In this document: piece by piece, positions 1 through 9,588 of the stretch
How positions within the stretch are numbered: position 1 is the stretch's first letter
How the letters are laid out: every line of letters begins with the position of its first letter
Virus record (IMG/VR): IMGVR_UViG_3300020200_000036
Coordinates: 1-56,435 of that record
From: a virus
Taxonomy: Duplodnaviria > Caudoviricetes
DNA: 56,435 bases
Strand: one strand, 5' to 3'
The notes under the pieces: generated by a model
The model's input: only the letters and a program-made list of their open reading frames with translations
Told to the model about the DNA's origin: nothing
Database searches by the model: none
Made by a program: the position numbers and the translations under genes

Positions 1-150
1 AATGAAAAGAAATCCCTAGCTTTAGCGACATACGCTGAAAATAGAGATCACATTTATTTGCATATTAAGAATGGGGATTATATTATATGCAAGCTGGAAG
101 ATCTACTTGATGAGACTCGCAAGTATAACGCAAAACATTTATGGATTTAA
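1..150 (+). CDS. 3' end of a gene truncated by the window edge (hypothetical)
   Basis: Frame 1 is open from base 1 to TAA at 148-150 (NEKKSLALATYAENRDHIYLHIKNGDYIICKLEDLLDETRKYNAKHLWI). It overlaps the convergent 821-aa gene by 12 nt. Confidence 0.5.
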   Translation, partial: NEKKSLALATYAENRDHIYLHIKNGDYIICKLEDLLDETRKYNAKHLWI

Positions 151-2604
151 CTGAGCTTGTTGTATCTCTGGTTTAGGTTGGTCCTTTGCTATCTTTGAGA
201 GAGTCTTAATGTTTGGATGGTTTGTTGTAGCATAAATGGTTACTGATCCCGTTGATGAAAATTCAGCAGAAGCAGAAATTCTAGCTCCAGTTGTTGTGTC
301 TCTTAAAGACACGGTACGTCCAGTAGTGAATACCCATCTGGGTCCGCCATCCTTATTTTTATCTGTTGGGTTATTTATCCATTCTTTATAAAGAGAATAA
401 GCTTGATTTTGCTCAAAGATAAAAGATTCTGAGCTTTCTAATGCCCTAACAGAAGCAACTGTGTTGTCAGAGGATCCACCAGAAAGAAAAGCATTTCCAG
501 CAATATAGGATCTTGCTATTAGTCCTTTAGTTCCATCTTGGCTCATTTTCCTTGTTAACATTTTCATTTTTAATTCGTGAGCAAGCATAGCTTTAACTTC
601 TTCTGGATTTTTACCTTCTCTAATATATTCTCTTAATCTTACAACTAACTCATGTTTAATTTGTTGATTAAAATCATTTTTACTTGCAAAATCTTCTATG
701 TAGGTTGTAGCCATCTGAGACAAAGAATTCTTAGATATTTTTTTTCCATTATTTGTTTTAGTCTCAATCTCACCTAGACTATCAACAGCAGATTCCATTC
801 TTTCTATCTCTTCAGATAGCTGCATCATTTCTTTATATTGAGGACTGTTAGTATCAGCCATCCACAGTTGACCAAGTGTAGTAGCCATAGCCTTTCTTAA
901 ATTTTTAGCATTACGTCTTTCTTCAGGTGTGCAAGTTCCACTCTTACAATCTTTGCCTTGAAGCACTGAATCTATTTGTTGCTTTGTTCTACCTCCAAGG
1001 TGAACACCCTTTTTTAAATTTAAATAATTTTTTAAACTTATTCCAACTGTAAAATAGTTTCTATTTAAATCTTCTGGGCAAGATAACCGATCTGTAGCGG
1101 CGGCGCAGGCTTCCCTAATATTTTTCTCAACTATTAAGTCTCTGATTCTATCATCCTCAAAGCCTTGTCTTCTTAGTGCTTCGAAAGCTGCCTTCTTTGT
1201 AGTATAAATCTCTAAAGTGTCGGCTCTTTTTCCTTCTCCTACTTCCGCACCTACTCTAAGCAAGTATTCAGGTCTTCGTATTGTGTGCTCCTGACCAGCA
1301 AACATTGTAAGTTTACGAACTAACATTTCTGGAGCATTCTCGCCAAATATTTCTTTCATAGCATTTATAGTTTCTATCTCTTTCGCAACGTCTATGGGCA
1401 TAGAACCCTCACTATTTTTAAATTCTGATTCAAGTCTAGCTACGCTTTCAAATACCCTATTTAATTTATCCCTCTCGTTTCTCCATTTTTCTATAATATT
1501 ACCAGCCCTTCTAAAGCAATCTCGGTATTCTTGTGTCCCACGCTCGTATACATCACAACCTCTAATGATGTGTGTAAATTCTTCAACTGATTCCATAAAG
1601 TCGCCTCGGATTCTATTTGATTCTCCATCGTTTACATTTAAATCACCAGTGCTGACTTTATCTAGCTCACCGCATCCATTTACTTTTGATCCACCATTAA
1701 ATAAAATACTAAGTCTTTTGGATCGGTCATTGAACACAACACCACGACCACTGTAACCATTTAGTGGTTGCTTTATTGCTATACGACCACCTGAGAGTCT
1801 TACAACTGTTCTTTTTAATTCTTGGCATTCTTCAGGTGTTGGATTTTCTTTGATAGCTAGATCTATCGCTCTCTCTAACCTATCCTGAACTTCTAGTTTT
1901 AAATCTTTCATTTCCTCTCCTGTTGAAAGATCGTACTCCCTAGTAGTTCCATCCTCATCTCTAATTATGGTTACAGAATTCCATAACGCTTTTGCCCACG
2001 ATCCATTATGATCACCGGCTCGTAATTGATCATGTAGACCTTTTGCAAAATCTAAAATCTCTAGGCTAGTTGCATTGTTTCTCTCCTTTTTAACTATACT
2101 CCTAAGCAATCCTGGGACTTTTCCTTGAATTTTAAATATCTTTGAGATTATAGACATTCCAGGCCAAGATCCATATTTAGCGGCTGAAGATAATATCTGC
2201 CCACCTTCTCCTCCCGAAGCGACATCCTCTCCCCCCTCTTCTTGAGCTACGGATGCATCTCCAAAGTTAGAATAAAATCTATCTGGATCTGAATTTACTT
2301 GAAATCCTCTTGAACCATTTGGAGCACTTTGATTATCCCAATAAACAATCCCCTCTTGAGTTTGCCACATTTTTATTGGCTTCTTAGCTGATGGAGGAGT
2401 AAAAGGATTGTTTTGAGTATATTTAGGAAGTTGTACTTGAGGATTGTTTGGATCAGGCATTGTTTGTTGAGCCTGAGCTATAGCTGCATCTCCTAGAGAT
2501 TGAGCTTGATTATCTATGGCTTCATAGAGATTTTTCTCTAGTAGCCTAAGAGTTCTTTTCTTAAGTCGTGAATAGCTTTCAAGTAATTCAATAAAATACT
2601 TCAT
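139..2604 (-). CDS. Large hypothetical protein, possibly capsid-internal, with a putative PD-(D/E)xK-like domain
   Basis: 821-aa ORF. The N-terminus has L-x-E motifs (ELLES, RLLEK, LYEA) followed by a low-complexity linker. RGDFME...KRADT...VGISLK pattern further in. Confidence 0.6.
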   Translation of the reverse strand: MKYFIELLESYSRLKKRTLRLLEKNLYEAIDNQAQSLGDAAIAQAQQTMPDPNNPQVQLPKYTQNNPFTPPSAKKPIKMWQTQEGIVYWDNQSAPNGSRGFQVNSDPDRFYSNFGDASVAQEEGGEDVASGGEGGQILSSAAKYGSWPGMSIISKIFKIQGKVPGLLRSIVKKERNNATSLEILDFAKGLHDQLRAGDHNGSWAKALWNSVTIIRDEDGTTREYDLSTGEEMKDLKLEVQDRLERAIDLAIKENPTPEECQELKRTVVRLSGGRIAIKQPLNGYSGRGVVFNDRSKRLSILFNGGSKVNGCGELDKVSTGDLNVNDGESNRIRGDFMESVEEFTHIIRGCDVYERGTQEYRDCFRRAGNIIEKWRNERDKLNRVFESVARLESEFKNSEGSMPIDVAKEIETINAMKEIFGENAPEMLVRKLTMFAGQEHTIRRPEYLLRVGAEVGEGKRADTLEIYTTKKAAFEALRRQGFEDDRIRDLIVEKNIREACAAATDRLSCPEDLNRNYFTVGISLKNYLNLKKGVHLGGRTKQQIDSVLQGKDCKSGTCTPEERRNAKNLRKAMATTLGQLWMADTNSPQYKEMMQLSEEIERMESAVDSLGEIETKTNNGKKISKNSLSQMATTYIEDFASKNDFNQQIKHELVVRLREYIREGKNPEEVKAMLAHELKMKMLTRKMSQDGTKGLIARSYIAGNAFLSGGSSDNTVASVRALESSESFIFEQNQAYSLYKEWINNPTDKNKDGGPRWVFTTGRTVSLRDTTTGARISASAEFSSTGSVTIYATTNHPNIKTLSKIAKDQPKPEIQQAQLNP

Positions 2605-2617
2605 GCCATTATTATAG

Positions 2618-2646
2618 AAAAATAGCCTACCTTATTGGTAGGCTAT
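2618..2646 (-). terminator. Rho-independent terminator after the tail tube gene
   Basis: Minus strand ATAGCCTACC-AATAA-GGTAGGCTAT, a perfect 10-bp stem followed by TTTT, about 25 nt after the tube stop. Confidence 0.85.
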
Positions 2647-2671
2647 GTTTAAATTAAACTAACTATTAAAA

Positions 2672-3259
2672 TTAAGCGTAATTGAAATAGTCGAGGAAGT
2701 CATAACGGAACTCTACTTCAATGGTGGCAAAATCGTTTGTGTTATAATTCTTTTCTGAGAACCTTACAGACTTTGGATATACTCCATAAAACTCTACCGC
2801 TGCATGAGGCGTCCTGGTGTTATCAAGTTCTACAACTCTCATTTTTATAGCTTTGAATGTATTGTTTCCAGTCCCGCCAGGAGCAGCAAGCTCTGTCATG
2901 TTGCCTGTAAGAGGATTGTATATTGTTTTAAACCATGTCCACAGGGCAGCACAAGTGCGTCTTAAATATAGATTATCAAAGGTCACTGTGACGGAATCAA
3001 AATTTGGAGTACCTGGGTAGTAAACTCTATCGTTTACTCTTGCAACCATGATGTCTTCAACTCCGTACCCAACAGCACCAACTTGCTTGGCTCCTAAGGT
3101 AAGATCAGTCGTTTGCTGAACGCTTATGTTTGGAGGAAGTCCGAAGAACTGTATCTCAAACTGATATGATCTTACTGAATCAAGAGCAGTTGAAATCGTG
3201 GGGAGATTTTCCCCTCTATTAAACGGACGATAACTATTAGCATAATAACTTTGAACCAT
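2672..3259 (-). CDS. gp19: Tail tube protein (T4 gp19-like)
   Basis: 195 aa directly downstream of the sheath. Motifs VYYPG...VTVTF...LWTW...FYGVYP...IEVEFRYDF. Confidence 0.9.
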   Translation of the reverse strand: MVQSYYANSYRPFNRGENLPTISTALDSVRSYQFEIQFFGLPPNISVQQTTDLTLGAKQVGAVGYGVEDIMVARVNDRVYYPGTPNFDSVTVTFDNLYLRRTCAALWTWFKTIYNPLTGNMTELAAPGGTGNNTFKAIKMRVVELDNTRTPHAAVEFYGVYPKSVRFSEKNYNTNDFATIEVEFRYDFLDYFNYA

Positions 3260-3274
3260 TTTTTTAATTACCTA

Positions 3275-5329
3275 TTAAAATGAAGCCGATTGACTTGTTA
3301 AGTTGACCTCGAAAATTATCCATTCAGCAGTCTTAGTTGGTTTAAGTAGAATCTTGCACCATAGCTCGTTTCTATCAATCCTTAAAGGTGTATTAACTGA
3401 TGAATCACAAATTACTTTAAAATCTGTGATGCCTCTTCTAGCTTGTATATCACTGAGAACAGCTTGCGCCTTAGTTTTAACAATGTCCCAGGTGAATGCA
3501 TCATTAGGCTCAAACAAATCTTGGCGACCAGTTGCAAGTAAAACCTTTCGTAAAAAAATCATTAATCTTCTTACATTTATTCTGTCTAAAGCCGTAGCGG
3601 CTCTCTGAGCAGTCTTTTGTCCGAAAATTGTTATACCTTCAGGTACAAAGTTAACTATTGGGTTGATATTGTTAACGTACAAGGCATCACGATCACCTTG
3701 GTTAAGTGGAAGTTCAGTGTCAGTTGGCTTTGTAAGTCTTCCTCTACGGAAACCAGCAGGAGCAAACCAAGACTCGGCTACGTTATCCGTAAAAGCCATT
3801 TGTCTTACAGCAAAAATAGATGGATCATACCATCTGTCTTTCCCTGTAAAAACGTCAAACACTTGAACGTGCGGCCAGAAAACCGCAGCCCAAGAGTTGT
3901 TAATAGCAGCGGTTCTTGATGTGGATCTTCCGTTCATCCATTCTGTAGCTTCTTGAACTGTATCAAGTCCCACAGGGGGTGCTACAACAGCAACAAAGTT
4001 CTGAGAAGTTTCAGCAAGGGTGATGAGATTATTCTGAATTTCATCTTCAAAAAATCCTGGAATAATACCAATTGATATATTAAGGAGATCATCATCGAGA
4101 GCGTACAGTCCAGTCTTCTCGGCAGCAGTACCAATAATTGCTTGGGAATTCATTGTGCCGTTAGTGCCCCCCGACAGACTATAAGTTCCATCCTTTAATT
4201 TAACGAATCTTGAGTTCGATCCAACTACTTTTCCGCCGTTATTTAAAATTACAGTTACACCACCTCCGACCATCTGTGTTATACGAGAAACGAAATCTGG
4301 AAGCTTGTTAGGGGACGATGCGATAGATCCAGAAAGCATTAATTCACCTTTAATAAAATCTGAGGTGGTGTTTTCAATTCCAATATTTATAACATCTTCA
4401 ATAAATGTTGAATGATCTAAAAGTGAAACATTGAACGTCTCAGCGATAGCCCCCTCATAGTTTGTACCTAGTAGTGAATTATAAGATCCGTTGCTCTCCA
4501 CTTCCATGCTAAGTCCAACTGTCCTACCAGTAAGCCCAACTGTTGAAAGATTGTAACCAGTTCCTGGGTACTGTGATCTCACTAAATAAGAAAATGTTGA
4601 AGTTTCAATATCTCCACCATAAACTGAGGCTGCTCCTGTAGCACTAACAGCTTCAGTTCCCTCCGCTGAAACTACATGAATAGCTGAAGGGTAAAGATTT
4701 GCAGTTGTATATGGTGTAGACGAGAAAGCCGAAACAGTCAACGAAGCTAGTTTTCCAGGATAAGCCCCAATAATATATCCAAAAGTATTACTGTTAGTAT
4801 CAAAATCAACGCTGACATGATCTGTTTTGGCATTACCAGTTCCGACTATTGAAGCTATGGCCGAAGCTTGCTCGATACCAGCATTTATATTAGACTGAAG
4901 AGCAGGTATGTTAAAAGCTTGTTCATCCATAACTAAAAGTCCTTCGGAATCTCTTACTGAAACTTTTAAATAAAGGCTGTTTGTAAGACCGAATGAGCTT
5001 GTAGTAAATTTAACAGATGGGCAAACTCCGAAGGGAATTAATGAAGATGCGTCTTGAGCATCATCGCTTATCGCCCTAACGAATCGTATTTGATTTGTAG
5101 TTTCTAGAATTTCTAATGCCCCCTCAAGACCTTGACCCTGTAAATACTCGTTTGGTTCTCCAAAAGTATTAACAAGATTTTCTTGGCTAGTTATAAGAGT
5201 TGGAGTATTTGGTTCACCCTTTGTAGCAAATCCAACAATACCAACTATTGATGACTCAATATTTGGTGGATAAGACGAATTATCTTTCTCTAAAAAAATT
5301 ACAGCAGGACTAGAAGGAATAGCACCCAT
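3275..5329 (-). CDS. gp18: Contractile tail sheath protein (gp18-like)
   Basis: SPAVIFLEKD, GIVGFATKG, FGEP, WFAPAGFRRG, INPIVNF...GQKT...RINVRRL motifs. Confidence 0.96.
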   Translation of the reverse strand: MGAIPSSPAVIFLEKDNSSYPPNIESSIVGIVGFATKGEPNTPTLITSQENLVNTFGEPNEYLQGQGLEGALEILETTNQIRFVRAISDDAQDASSLIPFGVCPSVKFTTSSFGLTNSLYLKVSVRDSEGLLVMDEQAFNIPALQSNINAGIEQASAIASIVGTGNAKTDHVSVDFDTNSNTFGYIIGAYPGKLASLTVSAFSSTPYTTANLYPSAIHVVSAEGTEAVSATGAASVYGGDIETSTFSYLVRSQYPGTGYNLSTVGLTGRTVGLSMEVESNGSYNSLLGTNYEGAIAETFNVSLLDHSTFIEDVINIGIENTTSDFIKGELMLSGSIASSPNKLPDFVSRITQMVGGGVTVILNNGGKVVGSNSRFVKLKDGTYSLSGGTNGTMNSQAIIGTAAEKTGLYALDDDLLNISIGIIPGFFEDEIQNNLITLAETSQNFVAVVAPPVGLDTVQEATEWMNGRSTSRTAAINNSWAAVFWPHVQVFDVFTGKDRWYDPSIFAVRQMAFTDNVAESWFAPAGFRRGRLTKPTDTELPLNQGDRDALYVNNINPIVNFVPEGITIFGQKTAQRAATALDRINVRRLMIFLRKVLLATGRQDLFEPNDAFTWDIVKTKAQAVLSDIQARRGITDFKVICDSSVNTPLRIDRNELWCKILLKPTKTAEWIIFEVNLTSQSASF

Positions 5330-5341
5330 TTAAGATACCCT

Positions 5342-5584
5342 TTAATTAGAAATACTAAGTATTCTTCTTCTATGAAGATTTTTAACTTGTTGGCTTATTT
5401 GAGATTCTAATACTCTAATAGCCTGTTTTGGCTCAAGCCAAACGTGATCCACCCCACCAAGATTCTCCAGTATAATAAAAAGACCTTGGACAGAGTAATT
5501 TTTAATTATTTTTGTTGGCTGACCGGGGGTAGATTTTGTTGGCTGACCGGGGGTAGAGGGAGGCGTAGGTTGTTTTTTAGTCAT
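5342..5584 (-). CDS. Small hypothetical protein upstream of the sheath
   Basis: 80-aa ORF preceded by a TAAATA motif. Pro/Thr-rich N-terminus with an STPGQPTK duplication. Confidence 0.7.
   Translation of the reverse strand: MTKKQPTPPSTPGQPTKSTPGQPTKIIKNYSVQGLFIILENLGGVDHVWLEPKQAIRVLESQISQQVKNLHRRRILSISN
5510..5557. repeat. Perfect 24-nt tandem duplication
   Basis: ttttgttggctgaccgggggtaga x2 (5510-5533, 5534-5557), encoding STPGQPTK twice. Confidence 0.95.
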
Positions 5585-5600
5585 TGTGAAAAACTCTAAT

Positions 5601-5610
5601 AGTATTTACC
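5601..5610 (-). promoter_or_regulatory. Putative late promoter (TAAATA)
   Basis: Minus strand GGTAAATACT in the intergenic gap about 18 nt before the ATG. Resembles the T4 late -10 element TATAAATA. Confidence 0.55.
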
Positions 5611-5653
5611 CTTCCTGACAATCATTTTAAATTAAATTTTTAATTTAATTGTA

Positions 5654-6469
5654 TTAAGATCCTAAACTTCCGTCAATAATAACATTAATTTTATCTAAAT
5701 CTAAAGAAGTTTCGGTATTTTCTTCTGTAGCTGATACTAATGGGAGTACGCACTTTTCGCAAAAACATGACATATCGTGAGTTGGAACAGAGTCTTTTAA
5801 TTCAGATATCTGATAATTAAGATTTTCTATTCTTCCAGTTGAGGTGTAAAGAAACTTTGGACTTGGAATATATGTCTCTACTGATATTTGAATAGACTTT
5901 TTAAGAATTCTATCCTCCCGATCAGGGGCTTCCCCCTGTTCTATCTCTGACTCAGATACAATAAAAGACTTAGTTACGTTATTAGATTTAATATCAACTT
6001 CAAGATCTGGATTAAATAATAAAAATATGTGTTCTCTTATTTGATCCATATCTTCTTTATACTTAGTCCATATGTTAATTGTGTATGTTATATCAACTGG
6101 CATAGGGGCTAAACTTAAAGTTCTAATAGCTTTTTGCTGACGCTTGTGCCAACACTTTTCATGAACTAGCATTGTTCCGTAACGTCTTCTAGAAATGTTA
6201 TCTGATGATGAATCTTCGCTGATTGTTATTGCTGGAATAGTAATATTATCACCAACAGTAGATCTAGCCACAGCCCTCTCTTGGTTAGCGTGAAAACATT
6301 TAACATTAATAGAATTATTATTTTTATCTACATAATGTATTCCACTAAATGTTGATATTAAAAATCTAAGAATATCTTTAAAAACTTTTTGTGAAAACAT
6401 CCCCCTCGATGCGTTTGTTTTTTCCACAATCTCTTTCAATACTTGATTGTTAAGTGGGATATTAGTCAT
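5654..6469 (-). CDS. gp15: Tail terminator / sheath stabiliser (gp15-like)
   Basis: TIPAITI...PMPVDITYTINIWTKYKEDMDQIREHI..FNP. Position between neck and sheath genes. Confidence 0.8.
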   Translation of the reverse strand: MTNIPLNNQVLKEIVEKTNASRGMFSQKVFKDILRFLISTFSGIHYVDKNNNSINVKCFHANQERAVARSTVGDNITIPAITISEDSSSDNISRRRYGTMLVHEKCWHKRQQKAIRTLSLAPMPVDITYTINIWTKYKEDMDQIREHIFLLFNPDLEVDIKSNNVTKSFIVSESEIEQGEAPDREDRILKKSIQISVETYIPSPKFLYTSTGRIENLNYQISELKDSVPTHDMSCFCEKCVLPLVSATEENTETSLDLDKINVIIDGSLGS

Positions 6470-6481
6470 TTTCTCTTACCT

Positions 6482-7033
6482 TTAATGATTTTTGTGATAG
6501 ATTAGATCAGATTTTGGCGGTTGCTGTAAATGAACATCATCAGAATCCCTAAGAAGTTTTGCACTACAAATTAAATGATATACCCCATAAGTTTCAAAGC
6601 TATCTTCTTGAACTTCATATACTTCGTACTTTAAGTTTTGAAACTCAGGCTTTATTATATCTCCTGCGATAAGCGTCCTACCTAATCTTCTCTCAGCATA
6701 AGTTTTGTTAAATGTGAATACCTGATCATTTGTTAATTCTATTCCAAATTGAGTTAAATTCTCTTCAATAGGCTTTGGATCATAATGACCGTACACTCTT
6801 GTCGGAGCTACAGAAAACGATTTGTTTCGTTCTTCTCCATACACATCATCTATCTCTTTTGTTTGATAGTATTTAAAAACAAGAAGAGGGGATCCGGCAA
6901 GCTTTATTTGCTCCTCGTCAACAAGATTAAACAAGTTTTGATCGTTTAATTTGTTGAATAGTTTGAAAGGGCTTTCATACTCGTCAGAGTTCGGAAGACT
7001 TACATTTGATTTATATTTTCCAAAGTTACTCAT
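6482..7033 (-). CDS. gp14: Neck / head closure protein (gp14-like)
   Basis: EQIKLAG..DDVYGE...LTQFGI...GDII...YEV pattern. Follows gp13. Confidence 0.8.
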   Translation of the reverse strand: MSNFGKYKSNVSLPNSDEYESPFKLFNKLNDQNLFNLVDEEQIKLAGSPLLVFKYYQTKEIDDVYGEERNKSFSVAPTRVYGHYDPKPIEENLTQFGIELTNDQVFTFNKTYAERRLGRTLIAGDIIKPEFQNLKYEVYEVQEDSFETYGVYHLICSAKLLRDSDDVHLQQPPKSDLIYHKNH

Positions 7034-7034
7034 A

Positions 7035-7898
7035 CTACCCTACGATAAACATTGGACCTTCTTGAATCTCACTAATCAACTCTTCCATAAGTTGCTTTTT
7101 TTCTTCAGCAGACTCTTGAACAAGTACGCCACCATCAAGTTGTGCTCCTCCACCTGGGCCAGGAAGTATTTTGTACTTGCCCCTGATCCGCCCTAATATT
7201 CCCTTACCAGCAGCCGTAGCGTAACGCTGAATCCAATTGCGATAGGCATGGTGAATTGTATTAGAATCCAAAGCTCTATACTCTATAATTACCGGGTCTG
7301 GTGTTTGCCTCGGTACTGGGTATAACTGTAAGTATTTTCCATTTAGAATGCTCCAGCTACCTTCATTAGATAGTACTCTTCTTGTCATCTCAAGATATTG
7401 TTGTGTTAAGAAGAAGTCTCCAATTCCCCCTCCTTGAAAGAATCTATTTGAATTAAAAAACGAAAGAGTTAAATCAAATGCTAATGATCCTGGTGTGTAG
7501 TTTAGTCCAAAAATATCTTTTTTGTATATAACATCGTTTATATTATTAGCTAGGAACTGAGGCAATTCATATACATTTTCTCCTGAGCTAGCATCAAAAA
7601 CAGCATACTGGCAAGCCCATTGTGGTGAGTAATAATCCAGTTTAGATACAGCCTCATCAATACAAGTCTTAACTTGAAATGGAGTTAATTCAACGGCAAC
7701 AATCGGGTGTCCAAGCTGCGCCAGGACATAATCATTAACTGACTGCTCAAATAAATTAAATTGAACTCCATCAGCCTCTAAATTTTTATTTAATTTATCT
7801 TGATTTATATCATTAGATAAAGTATAGTCTGTGAGTCTCTGCCCACCATAACGACCGTAGCTAGACCCATAGCTTGTTATTGTTGGAGTAGATACCAT
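7035..7898 (-). CDS. gp13: Neck / head-tail adaptor protein (gp13-like)
   Basis: YVLAQLGHPIVAVEL..QV..CIDEA...WIQRYA.A..K..LG..RGKY..LPGPGG. Confidence 0.88.
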   Translation of the reverse strand: MVSTPTITSYGSSYGRYGGQRLTDYTLSNDINQDKLNKNLEADGVQFNLFEQSVNDYVLAQLGHPIVAVELTPFQVKTCIDEAVSKLDYYSPQWACQYAVFDASSGENVYELPQFLANNINDVIYKKDIFGLNYTPGSLAFDLTLSFFNSNRFFQGGGIGDFFLTQQYLEMTRRVLSNEGSWSILNGKYLQLYPVPRQTPDPVIIEYRALDSNTIHHAYRNWIQRYATAAGKGILGRIRGKYKILPGPGGGAQLDGGVLVQESAEEKKQLMEELISEIQEGPMFIVG

Positions 7899-7902
7899 AT
7901 AC

Positions 7903-7913
7903 TTATATTTAGG
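7903..7913 (-). promoter_or_regulatory. Putative late promoter (TAAATA)
   Basis: Minus strand CCTAAATATAA, 7 nt before the gp13 ATG and just downstream of the capsid terminator. Confidence 0.55.
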
Positions 7914-7921
7914 TACTCTAT

Positions 7922-7956
7922 AAAAGAAAAAAGCGGGCTTTTTAGGCCCGCTTTTT
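7922..7956 (-). terminator. Rho-independent terminator after the major capsid gene (possibly bidirectional)
   Basis: Minus strand AAAAAGCGGGC-CTAAAAA-GCCCGCTTTTTTCTTTT. T-tracts follow the stem on both strands. Confidence 0.9.
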
Positions 7957-7976
7957 AAGTCACCAAGGACCTAAGA

Positions 7977-9569
7977 TCACTTGGTTCCGACGTTTACACC
8001 AGTGTTAGCGAAGAAGCTGTTACCAGTGAGGTATCCAGAGGTAGCTCCGATAAGCCTGATTACTCGGTAGAATCTGCTAGCGGGCTGAACAGCAGCCTTA
8101 GCATATCTCGTCATGATACCCTTTCTTGGCTGGAATGTGCCAGGATCAGTTACCATTGGGAGTGGCATGAGTGGGATGTATGGGCAGTAAACGAATCCGC
8201 TGTCCATTGGGCTTCCACCGTTATATCCGATTATGATCTCGTCCTCTGGGAAGAGAGGATCAACGATCAACTCGTATTTACCGGCAAACTTGCCCTTATA
8301 CTCAATCTTAGTTCCCATGTTGCTCGGTCCATCTTTCTCTGAGATGCCGCCCTCAAGTTTCGCGGCTGACTCTAGGAGTGAAGCCATAAGTGGCGAGGTG
8401 ATTAGAACCGTACCTGGGCCACGCTGAGTGGTCTTATAGATATCCTGGCTGGCAAAGTTAAGGACAGCTAGGAGGTTGGCGAATCTGTGTCCAACGTGCT
8501 GTGGAGCATAGCTAGTACCGAGGAACTGAGCAAGGTCAGCTACAATGACGTTGCTGGCCTTTGTTCCAACGCTAGTCGCCTGGAGTGTGTTGCCCCAGGT
8601 GAAGTTTCCATGGTCCGACTGGGTTGTGGTTCCCAGGGTTCCAGCGTTCAACTGACCGTACTGTTGAGTAAAGTTGTTTGAGTTCGCCATCGGATCCAGT
8701 GATCTAGATCTCCATCCCGCAATTGATCCGGCAGCGTCACCACCTAAACCGTAAGCAATCATACGAATATCTTCGATTAGCTCGCGGTCGATCTCAAGTG
8801 AAAGCTCTTTGCTAAGTAGCTCAGTAAGCTCACGCTCTAGATCGAGGTTGTGGTATGCCTTGAGATCTTGGGAAGCCTCAATCGTCCAGAGAGCGCGCAT
8901 CTTGCGAGTATTCGCAACAACTGGCTGCTGCTCAATGTGAAATTGAACTTCTGGGATTCCTGTTCCATCAAGACGTTCACCGGCTGAAACAACCCAGCCC
9001 ATCGTTGTGGTTGAGGCAGGCCATGAAGCAATTTGACCACCGTAAGTTGACGATGGCGATCCGTGGGTCGCGGCAAGCACGTTTGAAAGGTCAAACGCGC
9101 CAGAAACCATTGACTGCTCCAGTCTGTTAGATCCCCAAGTTCCGGCTGCACCAGGACCTGAGACTGTATCTATTGGGCTAGTCTGAGTTCCACGGTAGGT
9201 AAGATTAAACTTGCTATAAACATTTTGACCATACTCTCCAGCCCATCTGCTGTTGCCAAGATAGAATATCTGGCTGACAGGAGCATCCATCGGCTGAGTA
9301 GCTCCAATGTAATTAAATACTAGATTTGGGTACACTCTACGAACGAGTGGGAACGCAAACTTCTGAAAGACTCCAATGTTACCAACAGTGGTGGAGCCAG
9401 TGCTCAGAGACTCTTCATTGAGTCTGTTGCTCTCGGCTAAAACAGCCTTTGCTTGGTTCTCAAGCAATTGAGCAGTAACCCGTGCGGTATACTCATTTTT
9501 GATACCGTCAAGGGCCTTTGACCACTTCTGAGTAAGCTCAGGTGATCCTCCAATTTTTGAAACGTCCAT
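7977..9569 (-). CDS. gp23: Major capsid protein (gp23-like)
   Basis: KW..L...TAQLLENQ, FPLVRRV, QPM, TRKMRALWTIEASQDLKAYH.LD.E.EL, EIDRE, YCPYIPL, FQPRKGIMTRYA. SD AAGGAG upstream. Confidence 0.97.
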   Translation of the reverse strand: MDVSKIGGSPELTQKWSKALDGIKNEYTARVTAQLLENQAKAVLAESNRLNEESLSTGSTTVGNIGVFQKFAFPLVRRVYPNLVFNYIGATQPMDAPVSQIFYLGNSRWAGEYGQNVYSKFNLTYRGTQTSPIDTVSGPGAAGTWGSNRLEQSMVSGAFDLSNVLAATHGSPSSTYGGQIASWPASTTTMGWVVSAGERLDGTGIPEVQFHIEQQPVVANTRKMRALWTIEASQDLKAYHNLDLERELTELLSKELSLEIDRELIEDIRMIAYGLGGDAAGSIAGWRSRSLDPMANSNNFTQQYGQLNAGTLGTTTQSDHGNFTWGNTLQATSVGTKASNVIVADLAQFLGTSYAPQHVGHRFANLLAVLNFASQDIYKTTQRGPGTVLITSPLMASLLESAAKLEGGISEKDGPSNMGTKIEYKGKFAGKYELIVDPLFPEDEIIIGYNGGSPMDSGFVYCPYIPLMPLPMVTDPGTFQPRKGIMTRYAKAAVQPASRFYRVIRLIGATSGYLTGNSFFANTGVNVGTK

Positions 9570-9588
9570 AATTTTCTCCTTGAAAATA

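Noticed and set aside
5625-5653. AT-only inverted repeat before the sheath operon as a terminator
   Set aside because: No GC pairs, and expected by chance in AT-rich intergenic DNA.
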